20,225 bases of DNA from Treponema sp. GTDB lineage: Bacteria; Spirochaetota; Spirochaetia; Treponematales; Breznakiellaceae. Shown piece after piece: positions 1 to 8,931 of the stretch. A model generated the notes under the pieces. That model was given only the letters and a program-made list of their open reading frames with translations. It was not told the origin of the DNA and searched no databases. The stretch's first letter is position 1; each line of letters starts with the position of its first letter. A program made the translations under genes and the position numbers. The stretch lies in assembly GCA_031265825.1 (NCBI GenBank), contig JAISCD010000019.1, positions 1 to 20,225 on the forward strand. Reading direction: 5' to 3'.

Positions 1-1190
1 ATGATCGCCAAGTCCGTCTGGATTTCAATCGGTTCAATCACACCTGTTTGCATTTCACCGCTGAATTCCGCCTCAAGCGCGACTCGGACCGCTGCAATAT
101 CCTTAGGCAGAATGGCGAAACAGATAGAGTATTCACTAGAACTCTGGGTTATCAAGATAACGTTGATACTTTTCCGCGCCAGCGCCCCAAAAAGGCGGGA
201 AGAGGAACCCGCGACCCCAACCATACCAGAGCCTTGCACACGCACGAGCGCGGCTTGATTCATCGAGGTAACGCCGCGTATGAGGAAATCGCCGTCTTCC
301 GCGTCGTTCTTAATCCACGTACCGCCGCCCTGCGGATTGAAGGTGTTGCGTATCCATATAGAAACGCCTTTTTCGAGTGCGGGACGCACGGTGGGAGGAT
401 ACAACACCTTCGCCCCAAAGTGTGAGAGTTCCATCGCTTCAATGTACGACATTTCCTTTATACGGAACGTGTTTTTAACTATCTTCGGGTCCGCCGAGAG
501 GATGCCGTCAACGTCCGTCCATATTTCGACCGTTTCGGCTTCGAGAGCCGCGCCGAAGACGCCCGCGCTTAAGTCCGAGCCGCCGCGCCCCAGAGTAGTA
601 GTTATGCCGTTCATAGTAGAACCAATGAACCCCGTCGTAACAAAGATCGTTCTCTGCTGTTCGGCGAAGAAGCTTCTGATATTACCAAAGGTCGCCTGCT
701 CTAGGAATCGGGCTTTACCGAAGTTGTCGTCCGTTTTGACGAGAAGTCTTGCATCTAGGTATTCTGCGTCTATGCCGTTTTCCTTGAATACTTCGGTTAA
801 GACGCAAGCCGAAAACCTCTCGCCGAAACTCATCACATTGTCCAGAGAACGCGGGGATAATTCTTCAAGCGCGAACACGCCGTCCAAGATATACCTCAAC
901 TCCGAGAACGGCTTTTCAATGACAAGCAGAGCCGAATTAAGCGCGTCTCCGGAAAGGAAAGAAGACGCCATATCGTAATGCCTCTTCTTCAAGTTTTCAA
1001 ATATCTCAATATAATGGCTGTCGCGATTTCGGCATTTCCGCGCAAGCTCTATGAGCGTGTCGGTTACTCCGGAGAAAGCGGATACCACGACAACCGCCTT
1101 TTCATTCTTGATAATTTCAATGATTTGTTTTACGCCTGACGGACTCCCTACGGAGGTCCCGCCGAATTTCATTACCTTCCAAGTTTTCAT
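1..1190 (-). CDS. lysC: aspartate kinase (aspartokinase). The N-terminus is at 1190 and the gene is truncated at the window edge
   Basis: Reverse-strand translation from the ATG at 1190 gives MKTWKVMKFGGTSVGSPSGVKQIIEIIKNEKAVVVVSAFSGVTD, the canonical aspartokinase KFGG-S-V nucleotide-binding N-terminus. It continues through a C-terminal ACT-like region (SINVILITQSSSEYSICFAI) and runs open off position 1. The ORF track omits it, apparently because there is no stop inside the window. Confidence 0.85.
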   Translation of the reverse strand, partial: MKTWKVMKFGGTSVGSPSGVKQIIEIIKNEKAVVVVSAFSGVTDTLIELARKCRNRDSHYIEIFENLKKRHYDMASSFLSGDALNSALLVIEKPFSELRYILDGVFALEELSPRSLDNVMSFGERFSACVLTEVFKENGIDAEYLDARLLVKTDDNFGKARFLEQATFGNIRSFFAEQQRTIFVTTGFIGSTMNGITTTLGRGGSDLSAGVFGAALEAETVEIWTDVDGILSADPKIVKNTFRIKEMSYIEAMELSHFGAKVLYPPTVRPALEKGVSIWIRNTFNPQGGGTWIKNDAEDGDFLIRGVTSMNQAALVRVQGSGMVGVAGSSSRLFGALARKSINVILITQSSSEYSICFAILPKDIAAVRVALEAEFSGEMQTGVIEPIEIQTDLAI

Positions 1191-1337
1191 ATCATCTTTT
1201 TACCATATTTTCAATCTTTACTCAATAGACATCATCGTGCTATACGTTGCAAACGAGAATTTAATCGTTTATCACCCTGTAACTTTTTCAATAAAGATAG
1301 TATTATATTTATAAATATCAAATTTTAGGAGAGAAAA

Positions 1338-2861
1338 ATGAGTCTTATGAATAAGCTGTCTTCAAAAACCATTCTTGTTTTCAATCTTGTACTGATTGGC
1401 GTCATCTTTGGGTTCTCTTTGGCGTTTTTATCTTTTGCCCGCGTGTCGCCGTTTAACGGCTCGAACAAAGCGGTTCAGGCGGAGGAAACCTCTGCGGCTT
1501 CAACACTTTCTTCAGCGGACGCGCTTAGTATTGCCGAAGGTTTGCAGACCGCCTTACGCGATGTATCTGACAAGGTTCTGCCCTCGGTTGTGGAAATCAA
1601 TACGGTTTCTATCAGGCAACAGCAAACCCCTAACTTCAACGGAGTCCCTTGGGATTTCTTTTTTGGTCCACGTAACAGGGAACCAGAGGATGGGGGCGAA
1701 AGACGCGAGTTTCGTTCCAGCGGATTGGGGTCGGGCATCATCGTCAGGCTTGAAAAGAACGTCTATTACGTGCTTACCAACAACCATGTGATAGAAGACG
1801 CCAACGAAATAAGCGTCAAGGTGAACAGCGACAAAGAGTATAGTGCGAAACTGATCGGCAGAGACGAGCGCAAGGACCTGGCGATGGTCTCTTTTGAGAC
1901 GAGGGATTCGTATCCGGTTGCGAAGCTGGGCGATTCTGACGCGGTAAGAGTCGGAGACTGGGCTATCGCCATCGGCAACCCGTTGGGTTATATGTCCTCT
2001 GTAACGCTCGGCATCGTAAGCGCGGTGGGGCGCACAGGCGGTCCGGCGAATAATATCAACGACTTCATTCAAACCGACGCTTCCATCAATCATGGCAATT
2101 CAGGCGGCGCTTTAGTGAACATTAGAGGCGAAGTCATCGGTATCAATACGTGGATAGCAAGCAACGGCGTCAGTTCAGGCTCTGTAGGGCTTGGCTTTGC
2201 CATCCCCATAAACAACGCGAAGCGCTCTATCGACGAATTCATTGACAAAGGTGAAATCAGCTACGGGTGGTTGGGCGTATCCCTAACCGACGTGGATAAA
2301 GATTTTGCGAAAGCGTTAGGCTTTGAAGGCGAGCATGGGGCGTTTGCCGGCAATGTGTTCACCGATTCGCCCGCGGAGAAAGGCGGGATCAGACCGGGAG
2401 ACTTCATTACCAAAGTAGACGGCAAAGAAGCGCGGGGTATGAATCAACTCACACGCATGGTAGGAGACCTGAAACCGGGAGACAAGAGCGTATTTACAGC
2501 TATTCGGGATGGTAAAGAACAGAATTTCACTGTTACCATAGAGGCGCGCGACAACAACGTCGCCGCAGACAACAAGAAGCTTTGGCCTGGTCTTTACGTC
2601 ATTCCGCTTACTGATGAAGTCAAGGACAGTCTCAAACTCGACAAGAACGCTCAAGGAATCTACACTGTCCAAGTCATAGATCAGTCGCCTGCGGCAATCA
2701 TTGGAATACAACGCGGCGACCGCATCTTGGGTATCAATGGCAAACAAGTAAAGGATATTGCCGAGTTCTACAAACTCTTACGTGAAACCTCAGAAAGAGA
2801 GCTGCAATTCTCCTTCATCCGCGGCGATTCTGAACTTGAGTCGCTGAAGTTTAGAAAGTAA
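1338..2861 (+). CDS. htrA: HtrA/DegP/DegQ-family periplasmic serine endoprotease (trypsin-like domain plus two PDZ domains)
   Basis: 507-aa ORF with an AGGAG RBS (ttttaggagagaaaaATG). An N-terminal hydrophobic anchor is present. The catalytic triad context is NNHVIED(H), D, and GNSGGALVN(S). Two C-terminal PDZ-like segments follow (GWLGVSL..., GIYTVQVIDQSPAA...). Confidence 0.9.
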   Translation: MSLMNKLSSKTILVFNLVLIGVIFGFSLAFLSFARVSPFNGSNKAVQAEETSAASTLSSADALSIAEGLQTALRDVSDKVLPSVVEINTVSIRQQQTPNFNGVPWDFFFGPRNREPEDGGERREFRSSGLGSGIIVRLEKNVYYVLTNNHVIEDANEISVKVNSDKEYSAKLIGRDERKDLAMVSFETRDSYPVAKLGDSDAVRVGDWAIAIGNPLGYMSSVTLGIVSAVGRTGGPANNINDFIQTDASINHGNSGGALVNIRGEVIGINTWIASNGVSSGSVGLGFAIPINNAKRSIDEFIDKGEISYGWLGVSLTDVDKDFAKALGFEGEHGAFAGNVFTDSPAEKGGIRPGDFITKVDGKEARGMNQLTRMVGDLKPGDKSVFTAIRDGKEQNFTVTIEARDNNVAADNKKLWPGLYVIPLTDEVKDSLKLDKNAQGIYTVQVIDQSPAAIIGIQRGDRILGINGKQVKDIAEFYKLLRETSERELQFSFIRGDSELESLKFRK

Positions 2862-2960
2862 ACGCATGATAAAGAATAGCGGTTGTTATTTAGAAAGCTC
2901 AGCGAAGTTTCAAACAACGACAGCTATTCTTTATCCATCAAAAAGGAATACAAAATATCA

Positions 2961-3182
2961 ATGGAATTAAAATCTTTTCTTGGACAAATACTAACCTCGT
3001 GGCAGGTGATAATGGTAACGGTTGTGGTCGTTCTCTACATACTGTTAGTATCCTATGTGACGCAGTTTCGGCATAGAGCCAAAGTAGAAAAGGCGCCTAA
3101 GAAGAAAACACCTAAACCAAAGAAAGAGGAAGAGACTGAAGAAACGGAAGAAACCGAAGAAAAGAAGAAAGCCTCCAAATAA
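2961..3182 (+). CDS. small membrane protein with one TM helix and a Lys/Glu-rich tail (EETEETEETEEKKK). Hypothetical. An alternative start lies at 2883
   Basis: ORF directly downstream of htrA. It has a strongly hydrophobic stretch (VIMVTVVVVLYILLVSYV) followed by a K/E-rich low-complexity tail. No homolog recognised. Confidence 0.35.
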   Translation: MELKSFLGQILTSWQVIMVTVVVVLYILLVSYVTQFRHRAKVEKAPKKKTPKPKKEEETEETEETEEKKKASK

Positions 3183-3198
3183 ACCTCTTGGGCGATAG

Positions 3199-3228
3199 GC
3201 GGCGTCATAGACAACGCCGATTTCTTTG
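3199..3228 (+). terminator. candidate intrinsic terminator
   Basis: Hairpin cggcgt-catagaca-acgccg followed by aTTTCTTT, 17 bp after the small ORF stop. Confidence 0.4.
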
Positions 3229-3257
3229 CGCTTGACGGCTAATGCTAATATAGGAAA

Positions 3258-4217
3258 ATGACGAAAGAAGAACTAGAATATAAAGTCGGTGCGCTCTTAT
3301 ACACGCCAGCGCTGTATCCCAATATTGCCGAAAAAATACACGACGGACAATTCCGTAGGGTCAATTCTCTTGCGTTTTGTCTTGAAGATTCCATTCAAGA
3401 TGCCTCCCTTGACAAGGCGGAACGCGCCCTGCTTCATTCGTTACGGACGCTCAATCTGACTATATGCAAACAAGATGCGCCGCTCTTGTTCGTCCGTATC
3501 CGTAATCCGCTCCACCTGAAACACATTCACGCCGCGCTTGGGCAAGACGCGCGGTTATTGACAGGCTACATCCTCCCAAAATTCGATGAAACCAATGCGG
3601 ACGATTATGTTAGGCTTGTCCATGAAATGAACGCAGGTGTAGATGAACCTTTCTTCGTCATGCCGATCCTAGAAACGACCCGCGTTGCTTATGTGGAGAC
3701 GCGCCATGACGCGCTCAAGGCGATCAAGCGAAGCATTGACGGCATAAGGGAGTATGTTTTGAACATTCGATGTGGAGGCAATGATTTCTGTAATATCTTC
3801 GGGGTTCGGCGTTCATTTAACCAGACTATTTACGAAATTGGCGTGGTCCGAGACATTCTGGTAGACATTCTCAACTACTTTTCCCGTTCTTATGTGGTAT
3901 CCGCGCCGGTGTGTGAATTTTTTGAAGACGGTGTATCTGACGCATGGAAGGAAATTCTACGAAAAGAGACGCGATTAGACAGGCTTAATGGGTTTGTTGG
4001 CAAGACAGCTATTCACCCTTCGCAAGTTCCGGTGATTGCGGAGTGTATGAAGGTTCCCAAAGCCGACTATGCGGACGCTCTCCAAATCAATCATTGGAAC
4101 GATCCTGAATTGGGTGTATCGCGGGGCGAAAATGGGCGCATGAACGAGGCAAAAGTTCACGGCGCATGGGCGCGGAAGGTTCTCCGCTTCGCCGAAATTT
4201 ACGGTATAGAAGAATGA
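3258..4217 (+). CDS. HpcH/HpaI aldolase / citrate lyase beta (CitE)-like family protein, probably a citryl- or malyl-CoA lyase-like enzyme
   Basis: Family landmarks appear in order: LLYTPAL (cf. LFVPG), AFCLEDSI (cf. DLEDAV), GYILPKFDE (cf. G-LPKVE), VMPILETTRV (cf. IETARGV), and GFVGKTAIHPSQVPVI (cf. GFDGKWAIHPSQI). Confidence 0.7.
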   Translation: MTKEELEYKVGALLYTPALYPNIAEKIHDGQFRRVNSLAFCLEDSIQDASLDKAERALLHSLRTLNLTICKQDAPLLFVRIRNPLHLKHIHAALGQDARLLTGYILPKFDETNADDYVRLVHEMNAGVDEPFFVMPILETTRVAYVETRHDALKAIKRSIDGIREYVLNIRCGGNDFCNIFGVRRSFNQTIYEIGVVRDILVDILNYFSRSYVVSAPVCEFFEDGVSDAWKEILRKETRLDRLNGFVGKTAIHPSQVPVIAECMKVPKADYADALQINHWNDPELGVSRGENGRMNEAKVHGAWARKVLRFAEIYGIEE

Positions 4218-4311
4218 TCGTGTTGACATTTCTCCTCAATTTTGTTAAAAGATTTTGAAAAAGAACTTGATAAAAAATACGGCAAGGATATTATATTTAT
4301 GGAGGAATAAC

Positions 4312-4782
4312 ATGGAAAATTTAGCATATAAAATTATAACCCCAAGGTTTATAGGACGTACAAAATATTCCAAATTGGTTCTCATAATGTCTTTTGTCTT
4401 GGTAGGGGCTTTTATTGGAATAATATATTCCTCCAAAAAGCCATCGGTTGATATTGATAATGGGGTTTTAACCATAAAATCATTGTTTTATGGAAAAAGT
4501 ATACCCATTGGGGAAATAAATGTAAACGGCGTCCAGCAGTTGAACTTAAATATTGATAAAGACTATAACATAAAAATCAGAACAAATGGAATAGGATTGC
4601 CGAATTATCATGTTGGTTGGATGCGATTAAATAATGGAAATAAGGCATTGGCATATTTAATGGATAAAACCAATGTAGTTTTAATTCCAACAAAAGACTA
4701 TGATGTTTTAATCAGTACAAAAGATTTTGACAGAATAAAAGAAGCGTTAAATGAAGGGATAAAAGTTGGTAAAGAGAAGTAA
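4312..4782 (+). CDS. membrane-anchored bacterial PH-domain (bPH_2/YdbT-like) protein. Hypothetical. Strongly AT-rich
   Basis: A GGAGG RBS precedes the ATG at 4312 (the track ORF starts earlier, at 4255). The N-terminus has a TM helix (LVLIMSFVLVGAFIGIIY) and is followed by a beta-rich ~120-aa domain reminiscent of bacterial PH domains. Its GC content is far below that of flanking housekeeping genes. Confidence 0.5.
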   Translation: MENLAYKIITPRFIGRTKYSKLVLIMSFVLVGAFIGIIYSSKKPSVDIDNGVLTIKSLFYGKSIPIGEINVNGVQQLNLNIDKDYNIKIRTNGIGLPNYHVGWMRLNNGNKALAYLMDKTNVVLIPTKDYDVLISTKDFDRIKEALNEGIKVGKEK

Positions 4783-4907
4783 ATGTCCGTCCTCATTTAT
4801 CTCCCCATAAATAATTAAATTGTTAAACAATGTCTCTGGGCGTTGTCAATCAACTGTATCAAATAAATATTCCAGAACTATTTTATTTTTTCCCCGCATT
4901 GCTATAC

Positions 4908-4960
4908 GCCAGACCCCGTTTTCTCAAGCGGGTTGAATGATTGCCGTCTCCGCATTTCCC
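4908..4960 (-). repeat. ~53-bp ghost copy of an internal segment of the endonuclease gene (homolog of 8503-8556), fused in-frame to array A
   Basis: tacgccagacccc(g)ttttctcaagcggRttgaatgattgccgtcYccgcatttcccc is present at both loci. It encodes GEMRGRQSFNPLEK in the endonuclease and GEMRRRQSFNPLEK at the C-terminus of the array ORF. A 1-nt indel then shifts the frame to a stop. Confidence 0.8.
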
Positions 4961-5376
4961 CGTCCACTCTCAAAGACCCGACATCCACTCTCAGAGACCC
5001 GACGTCCTCTCTCAAAGACCCGACTTCCACTCTCAGAGACCCGACTTCCACTCTTAAAGAGCCGACTTCCACTCTTAAAGAGCCGATTTCCTCTCTTTTA
5101 GACCCGACGTCCACTCTCAGAGAGCCGACACCCACTCTCAAAGACCCGACACCCACTCTCAAAGAGCCGATGTCCACTCTCAAAGACCCGACGTCCACTC
5201 TCAGAGAGCCGATTTCCACTCTCAGAGACCCGGCGTCCACTCTCAGAGACCCGACTTCCTCTCTCAGAGACCCGATGTCCACTCTCAAAGACCCGACATC
5301 CACTCTTTGAGAGCCGACATCCACTCTCAAAGAGCCGACGTCCTCTCTCAAAGAGCCGAAATCCACTCTCAGAGAG
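4961..5376. repeat. tandem array A: about 20 imperfect units of 21 bp (consensus tccactctcaRagaSccgacNt)
   Basis: Direct inspection shows strict 21-bp periodicity, with variation confined to a few positions. Each unit carries the palindrome (c)tctcAgaga(g), and many units also contain gacgtc. Both strands are open: + gives DPTSTLR heptads and - gives VGSLRVD heptads. Confidence 0.95.
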
Positions 5377-5384
5377 TAAAATAT

Positions 5385-5430
5385 CGCCGTGCTTTAACGT
5401 TATGCTGTTTTCTGTAGTCTTAATTTTGGG
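5385..5430 (-). repeat. ~46-bp ghost copy of the M1 3'-end / M2 5'-region junction (homolog of 6197-6242)
   Basis: atcgccgtgctttaRcgttatgYtgttttcYgtagtYttaatttt is present at both loci. In the real copy it encodes the last 11 aa of methyltransferase 1, and in another frame KIKTTENNITLKHGD, the N-terminal motif of methyltransferase 2. Confidence 0.8.
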
Positions 5431-5492
5431 CGCCACTTGACGCCTCTTTCTATTGCCGTCAAGGACGGCGGGCGAGACTGAGACTGTTACTT

Positions 5493-6152
5493 CTATAATA
5501 ATGACAATTCCATTGTCGTTTTATTGATCCTATCTTTTGCAATATTAAAATAATTATCATCAATTTCTATCCCAATAAATTTCCTTGCCAATTTCTTTGC
5601 CACTACTCCTGTTGTTCCACTACCCATAAATGGGTCTAAAATTGTATCTCCAATTCTACTACCCAATAATATAATACGCTTTAATAATGTCTCTGGCTTT
5701 TCCGTTGGGTGTTCCGTCAAATGTCTTTCCGCTGGTATTTCCCAAAGATTTTTCATCTGCTTTCCACCGTTTAATTCTTTTGCGGTATCATAATCAAAGA
5801 AATAGTTTTTTGTTTTGCTTGCAAGCCATATTAATTCAGTTGAAGGCGCAAGGCGATTCTTTGACAATAAAGGAGTAGCGTTCCTTTTAAACCATATAAT
5901 ATCGTTAATAATCCAATAATCAAGTTCTTTTAATAATACGCCAACGGAAGGGTGATTATGCAAGGTCCCAGACACCCATAATGTACCAGTATCCGATAAA
6001 ATCCTTTTACATTCTGTAAGCCACGCCCGATTAAAAGCATGAATATCATCAATAACATCCCATTTCCCTTTATCGCAGGCTACAGGTTTACCATTTTTAA
6101 CCGTAAGAAAACCTGCCCCTGACAAATTATAGGGGGGATCAGCAAAAATCAT
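5493..6152 (-). CDS. beta-class DNA amino-methyltransferase (N6-adenine or N4-cytosine), second methyltransferase of the R-M cassette. The N-terminus is anomalous
   Basis: Motif IV DPPYN lies at the N-terminus and motif I DPFMGSGTTG near the C-terminus, the beta permutation of the N6_N4_Mtase family. The gene is AT-rich. The conserved N-terminal segment is encoded upstream of the only ATG, which suggests an indel in the A-run at 6189-6193. Confidence 0.8.
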   Translation of the reverse strand: MIFADPPYNLSGAGFLTVKNGKPVACDKGKWDVIDDIHAFNRAWLTECKRILSDTGTLWVSGTLHNHPSVGVLLKELDYWIINDIIWFKRNATPLLSKNRLAPSTELIWLASKTKNYFFDYDTAKELNGGKQMKNLWEIPAERHLTEHPTEKPETLLKRIILLGSRIGDTILDPFMGSGTTGVVAKKLARKFIGIEIDDNYFNIAKDRINKTTMELSLL

Positions 6153-6211
6153 ATCTATACTTTTATCGGGAATATCTTTAATAAGAGTAAAAACATCGCC
6201 GTGCTTTAGCG

Positions 6212-7072
6212 TTATGTTGTTTTCCGTAGTTTTAATTTTAGACGCTCCTTTGCAACAAGAATATACTGTTCGTTTTTTTCAATGCCAATCCAATGGCGGT
6301 TTAATTCTTTCGCAACTTTCCCTGTTGTCCCTGTTCCGAAAAATGGATCCAGCACTATATCATTTTCATTCGACGATGCTTTAATAATTAACTCTAATAG
6401 TTTTTCCGGTTTTTGCGTCGGATGAACCGCACGCCCATTTGTTCCCTTAATGCGTTCTTTTCCCTGAACAATAGGTATTTCGATAAAATCAAAAAAATCA
6501 CGCATTTGCTTGCTATCACCATCTTTTGTCTTATGTGGGTTAAATTCTTTAACCTCGTTGTAATTAAAAATCCAATTTTTGCCTTTAACAAACCAGCACA
6601 CAAATTCCGTAGAATGGGTAAAAGTTCGTTTTGTAATATTTGGCATAGCATTAGTTTTATACCATGTTAAAATATTATTGAGTTTGAAGCCTACCTTTTT
6701 CCCTTCAATAAGAATTTCGCCGATATTATGTTGAGTACATGAAATATACAAACTGCCATTTGGCAAAAGAATCTTATGGCAAGCCTTCAACCAAGTTGCC
6801 GTGAACGTTACATAATCGAGATAATTAAAAGTATCCCAATCCTCATTCATTTTGTAATATGCACCACCAGTTTTGTTGTTTTTCAAATCAAGCGGCTTAC
6901 CGGATAAATTATAAGGCGGGTCGGCAAACACAAGATTTATTGAGTTTTCTTGTATTTGGGTTTCGAGTATTTGTACACAATCGCCTTGTATAATTTGATT
7001 AAGTGGTAATTTATGCGACAAGGGATATACCCCATTTGTTAATGATAGTCGGAATATTTGCCAACCAATCAT
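6212..7072 (-). CDS. beta-class DNA amino-methyltransferase (N6-adenine or N4-cytosine), first methyltransferase of the R-M cassette
   Basis: N-terminus IIQGDCVQILE...SINLVFADPPYNL (motif IV) and C-terminal VLDPFFGTGTTGKVA (motif I). The ATG at 7072 overlaps the endonuclease 3' end by 62 bp. An in-frame TTG near 7022 would reduce that overlap to 8 bp. Confidence 0.85.
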   Translation of the reverse strand: MIGWQIFRLSLTNGVYPLSHKLPLNQIIQGDCVQILETQIQENSINLVFADPPYNLSGKPLDLKNNKTGGAYYKMNEDWDTFNYLDYVTFTATWLKACHKILLPNGSLYISCTQHNIGEILIEGKKVGFKLNNILTWYKTNAMPNITKRTFTHSTEFVCWFVKGKNWIFNYNEVKEFNPHKTKDGDSKQMRDFFDFIEIPIVQGKERIKGTNGRAVHPTQKPEKLLELIIKASSNENDIVLDPFFGTGTTGKVAKELNRHWIGIEKNEQYILVAKERLKLKLRKTT

Positions 7073-8822
7073 CGGATTTTGTGAGTTCCTTCGATGATAA
7101 AACTATCGATTCAAACAATTCTTGTATCTTTTTATGCGATAGAAAATAGTCTTTGTTTTGTTTCTTTGCATCGAATAAATACTGTAATATTTCAATAAAC
7201 TGCTGAATAGTGATAGGAACGATGTTTTGTTTTTGTCCCTCATATTCATATTTTACGGAAAACCAAAAGGTGTTTCTGGTATCACGGTGGATTTTAGGAG
7301 CGACAAAAAGGCAATATGATTGTTTTTCATTATGCATCGCTTCAAAGTCTCTAAAATGCCGCATCACAGGCTGTCCTTCGTTAAACCATTGCGAACGGCT
7401 GGTTAATAATGTTACTTCACAGATTGAATTAAATGCTTGATAAAAACATTCAATGTCTGGTTTATTTGCCGGCGCGGTAAAGGTTGGCACATTGTCATCG
7501 CCTACAGGATAATTAGGATGAATTTCCAGCGCATCATTTAGGGCGTGTAAGCCGCTGGTAATAATTCGTTCCAATTCAACGGGCTTTTTACCAGCGAGTT
7601 TATGAATATTCTTTAAGTTAGTTATACAACTCTTTATATTTTCCAGTAATTGTAATTCCGCATGAACGCTTGCATCTGATAATTTGCGTCGATAGGAACG
7701 CAAATTTTCAATAGTCTTTTTTAGTGTAGTAGCATTATCATCTTTAGGTTTTATCTGCGGCATTTTGGGAAGGCTAATGCCTTTTGCTTTCATTATGTAC
7801 TCGGTTGTTTCAATGTCGGCGACTAATAATTTAATAACTTCCTGTAACTTCGTTTTATTTTCCCATGGCAATTCTGGCTGTGTAGCATCTCCTAAATACG
7901 TTGAGTATTCTGCTTTTAACGCGAATGTTTTTGCCGATGCGTTATCTGTTTCGATAATTGAATCAATCTCTATTTTTCGTCGCGGCTCTAGATCAATATA
8001 ATAATCATTTCCACGCAGATAAAAAAACCGAGTAAGGTGGAAGTTGCGTATTACATTATCCGCATAGTCTTTTGCGTTCCCCCATGACTCGTATTCGGAG
8101 AAATACTTATAAAAATATTCTTCCGCAAACTTTTCTATGCTTTCAGCAATTTTTACCTTTTGATAATCATTGCGGAATTTTAATATCTTTTCTGCCGTCT
8201 CTTCAATGTTTACATAGCTTGATAATGTTGTAAAGAACAAAGCGAATTCTATTTTTGATACGCCTTTTTCTTTTATACCTTGTCCAGCGCAAAGCGTATT
8301 TACTTTTTTAATTAAATGAAATGTAGCAATAAGTGGTTTAATATTGTAACCATCTTCTGCGGAATATTTATTCAGGTCAGGGTTGGGATATTGCCATTTA
8401 AGGAAACTACGAAAAAAAATATCGCCTAAATCGTAATTTTCGGATAAAAAAGCCTGTCCAAATGTGGTAACTTTTATTTTCTTTTCCGTATCAATATACG
8501 CCAGACCCATTTTCTCAAGCGGATTGAATGATTGCCGTCCCCGCATTTCCCCACCGCCTTTATAGTTTTTAGCGTTCAGTATTTCTTCCGCTTGTTCGTA
8601 GGTAAATGTATCGGAATGAAGCCATTCAAAGTGTTTTTTAGTTAATGTTTTTTCAAATTCGGGAATATTTATTCCGTATATTTTTCTCTGAAGCAGTAAT
8701 ATTTGGTAGCATTTCTGAGTTTCATCATTCCAAACTTCCCCCTCCAATTCCTTAAAAACCTTCAAGAAGGTACGTATCCGCTCGGGGTTTCTAACAGTTG
8801 TTGATATAGACCAAAGTCTCAT
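7011..8822 (-). CDS. putative type IIS restriction endonuclease, AlwI / N.BstNBI / PleI / MlyI-like (603 aa)
   Basis: A large ORF sits immediately upstream of, and co-oriented with, two strand-specific beta-class methyltransferases. That is the typical layout of a type IIS R-M system. Its size matches AlwI-family enzymes (~560-610 aa). Segments LKWQYP, PDIECFYQAFNSICEVT, QPVMRHF and YCLFVAPKI resemble AlwI-family (RE_AlwI) landmarks as I recall them. This was not verified by a search. A GAGGA RBS is present. Confidence 0.6.
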   Translation of the reverse strand: MRLWSISTTVRNPERIRTFLKVFKELEGEVWNDETQKCYQILLLQRKIYGINIPEFEKTLTKKHFEWLHSDTFTYEQAEEILNAKNYKGGGEMRGRQSFNPLEKMGLAYIDTEKKIKVTTFGQAFLSENYDLGDIFFRSFLKWQYPNPDLNKYSAEDGYNIKPLIATFHLIKKVNTLCAGQGIKEKGVSKIEFALFFTTLSSYVNIEETAEKILKFRNDYQKVKIAESIEKFAEEYFYKYFSEYESWGNAKDYADNVIRNFHLTRFFYLRGNDYYIDLEPRRKIEIDSIIETDNASAKTFALKAEYSTYLGDATQPELPWENKTKLQEVIKLLVADIETTEYIMKAKGISLPKMPQIKPKDDNATTLKKTIENLRSYRRKLSDASVHAELQLLENIKSCITNLKNIHKLAGKKPVELERIITSGLHALNDALEIHPNYPVGDDNVPTFTAPANKPDIECFYQAFNSICEVTLLTSRSQWFNEGQPVMRHFRDFEAMHNEKQSYCLFVAPKIHRDTRNTFWFSVKYEYEGQKQNIVPITIQQFIEILQYLFDAKKQNKDYFLSHKKIQELFESIVLSSKELTKSDDWLANIPTIINKWGISLVA

Positions 8823-8931
8823 ATATTCCTCATTATTATCATAAAGTTTTTATTTGTCCTTTATAATTTTCCCTTCAATTCATCAATTTCACTAATTAGT
8901 AAAGCAAAAACATTCTTATTTAATGAGTATC

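Noticed and set aside
280-978. ORF 280..978(+) and other + ORFs in 1-1190
   Set aside because: They are antisense to the convincingly identified lysC on the minus strand.
1554-2093. ORFs 1554..2093(-), 2316..2747(-) and 1396..1791(+)
   Set aside because: They are antisense or out of frame within htrA and have no independent support.
4902-5436. ORFs 4902..5366(-), 4933..5310(+) and 5098..5436(-), and likewise 8916..9236(-) and 8923..9258(+), which encode heptad-repeat proteins
   Set aside because: They are generated entirely by the 21-bp tandem arrays. Every frame on both strands is open, and the start codons are alternative (GTG) or absent. Coding cannot be inferred from ORF length alone. 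They are kept as a hypothesis in the findings, not as CDS.
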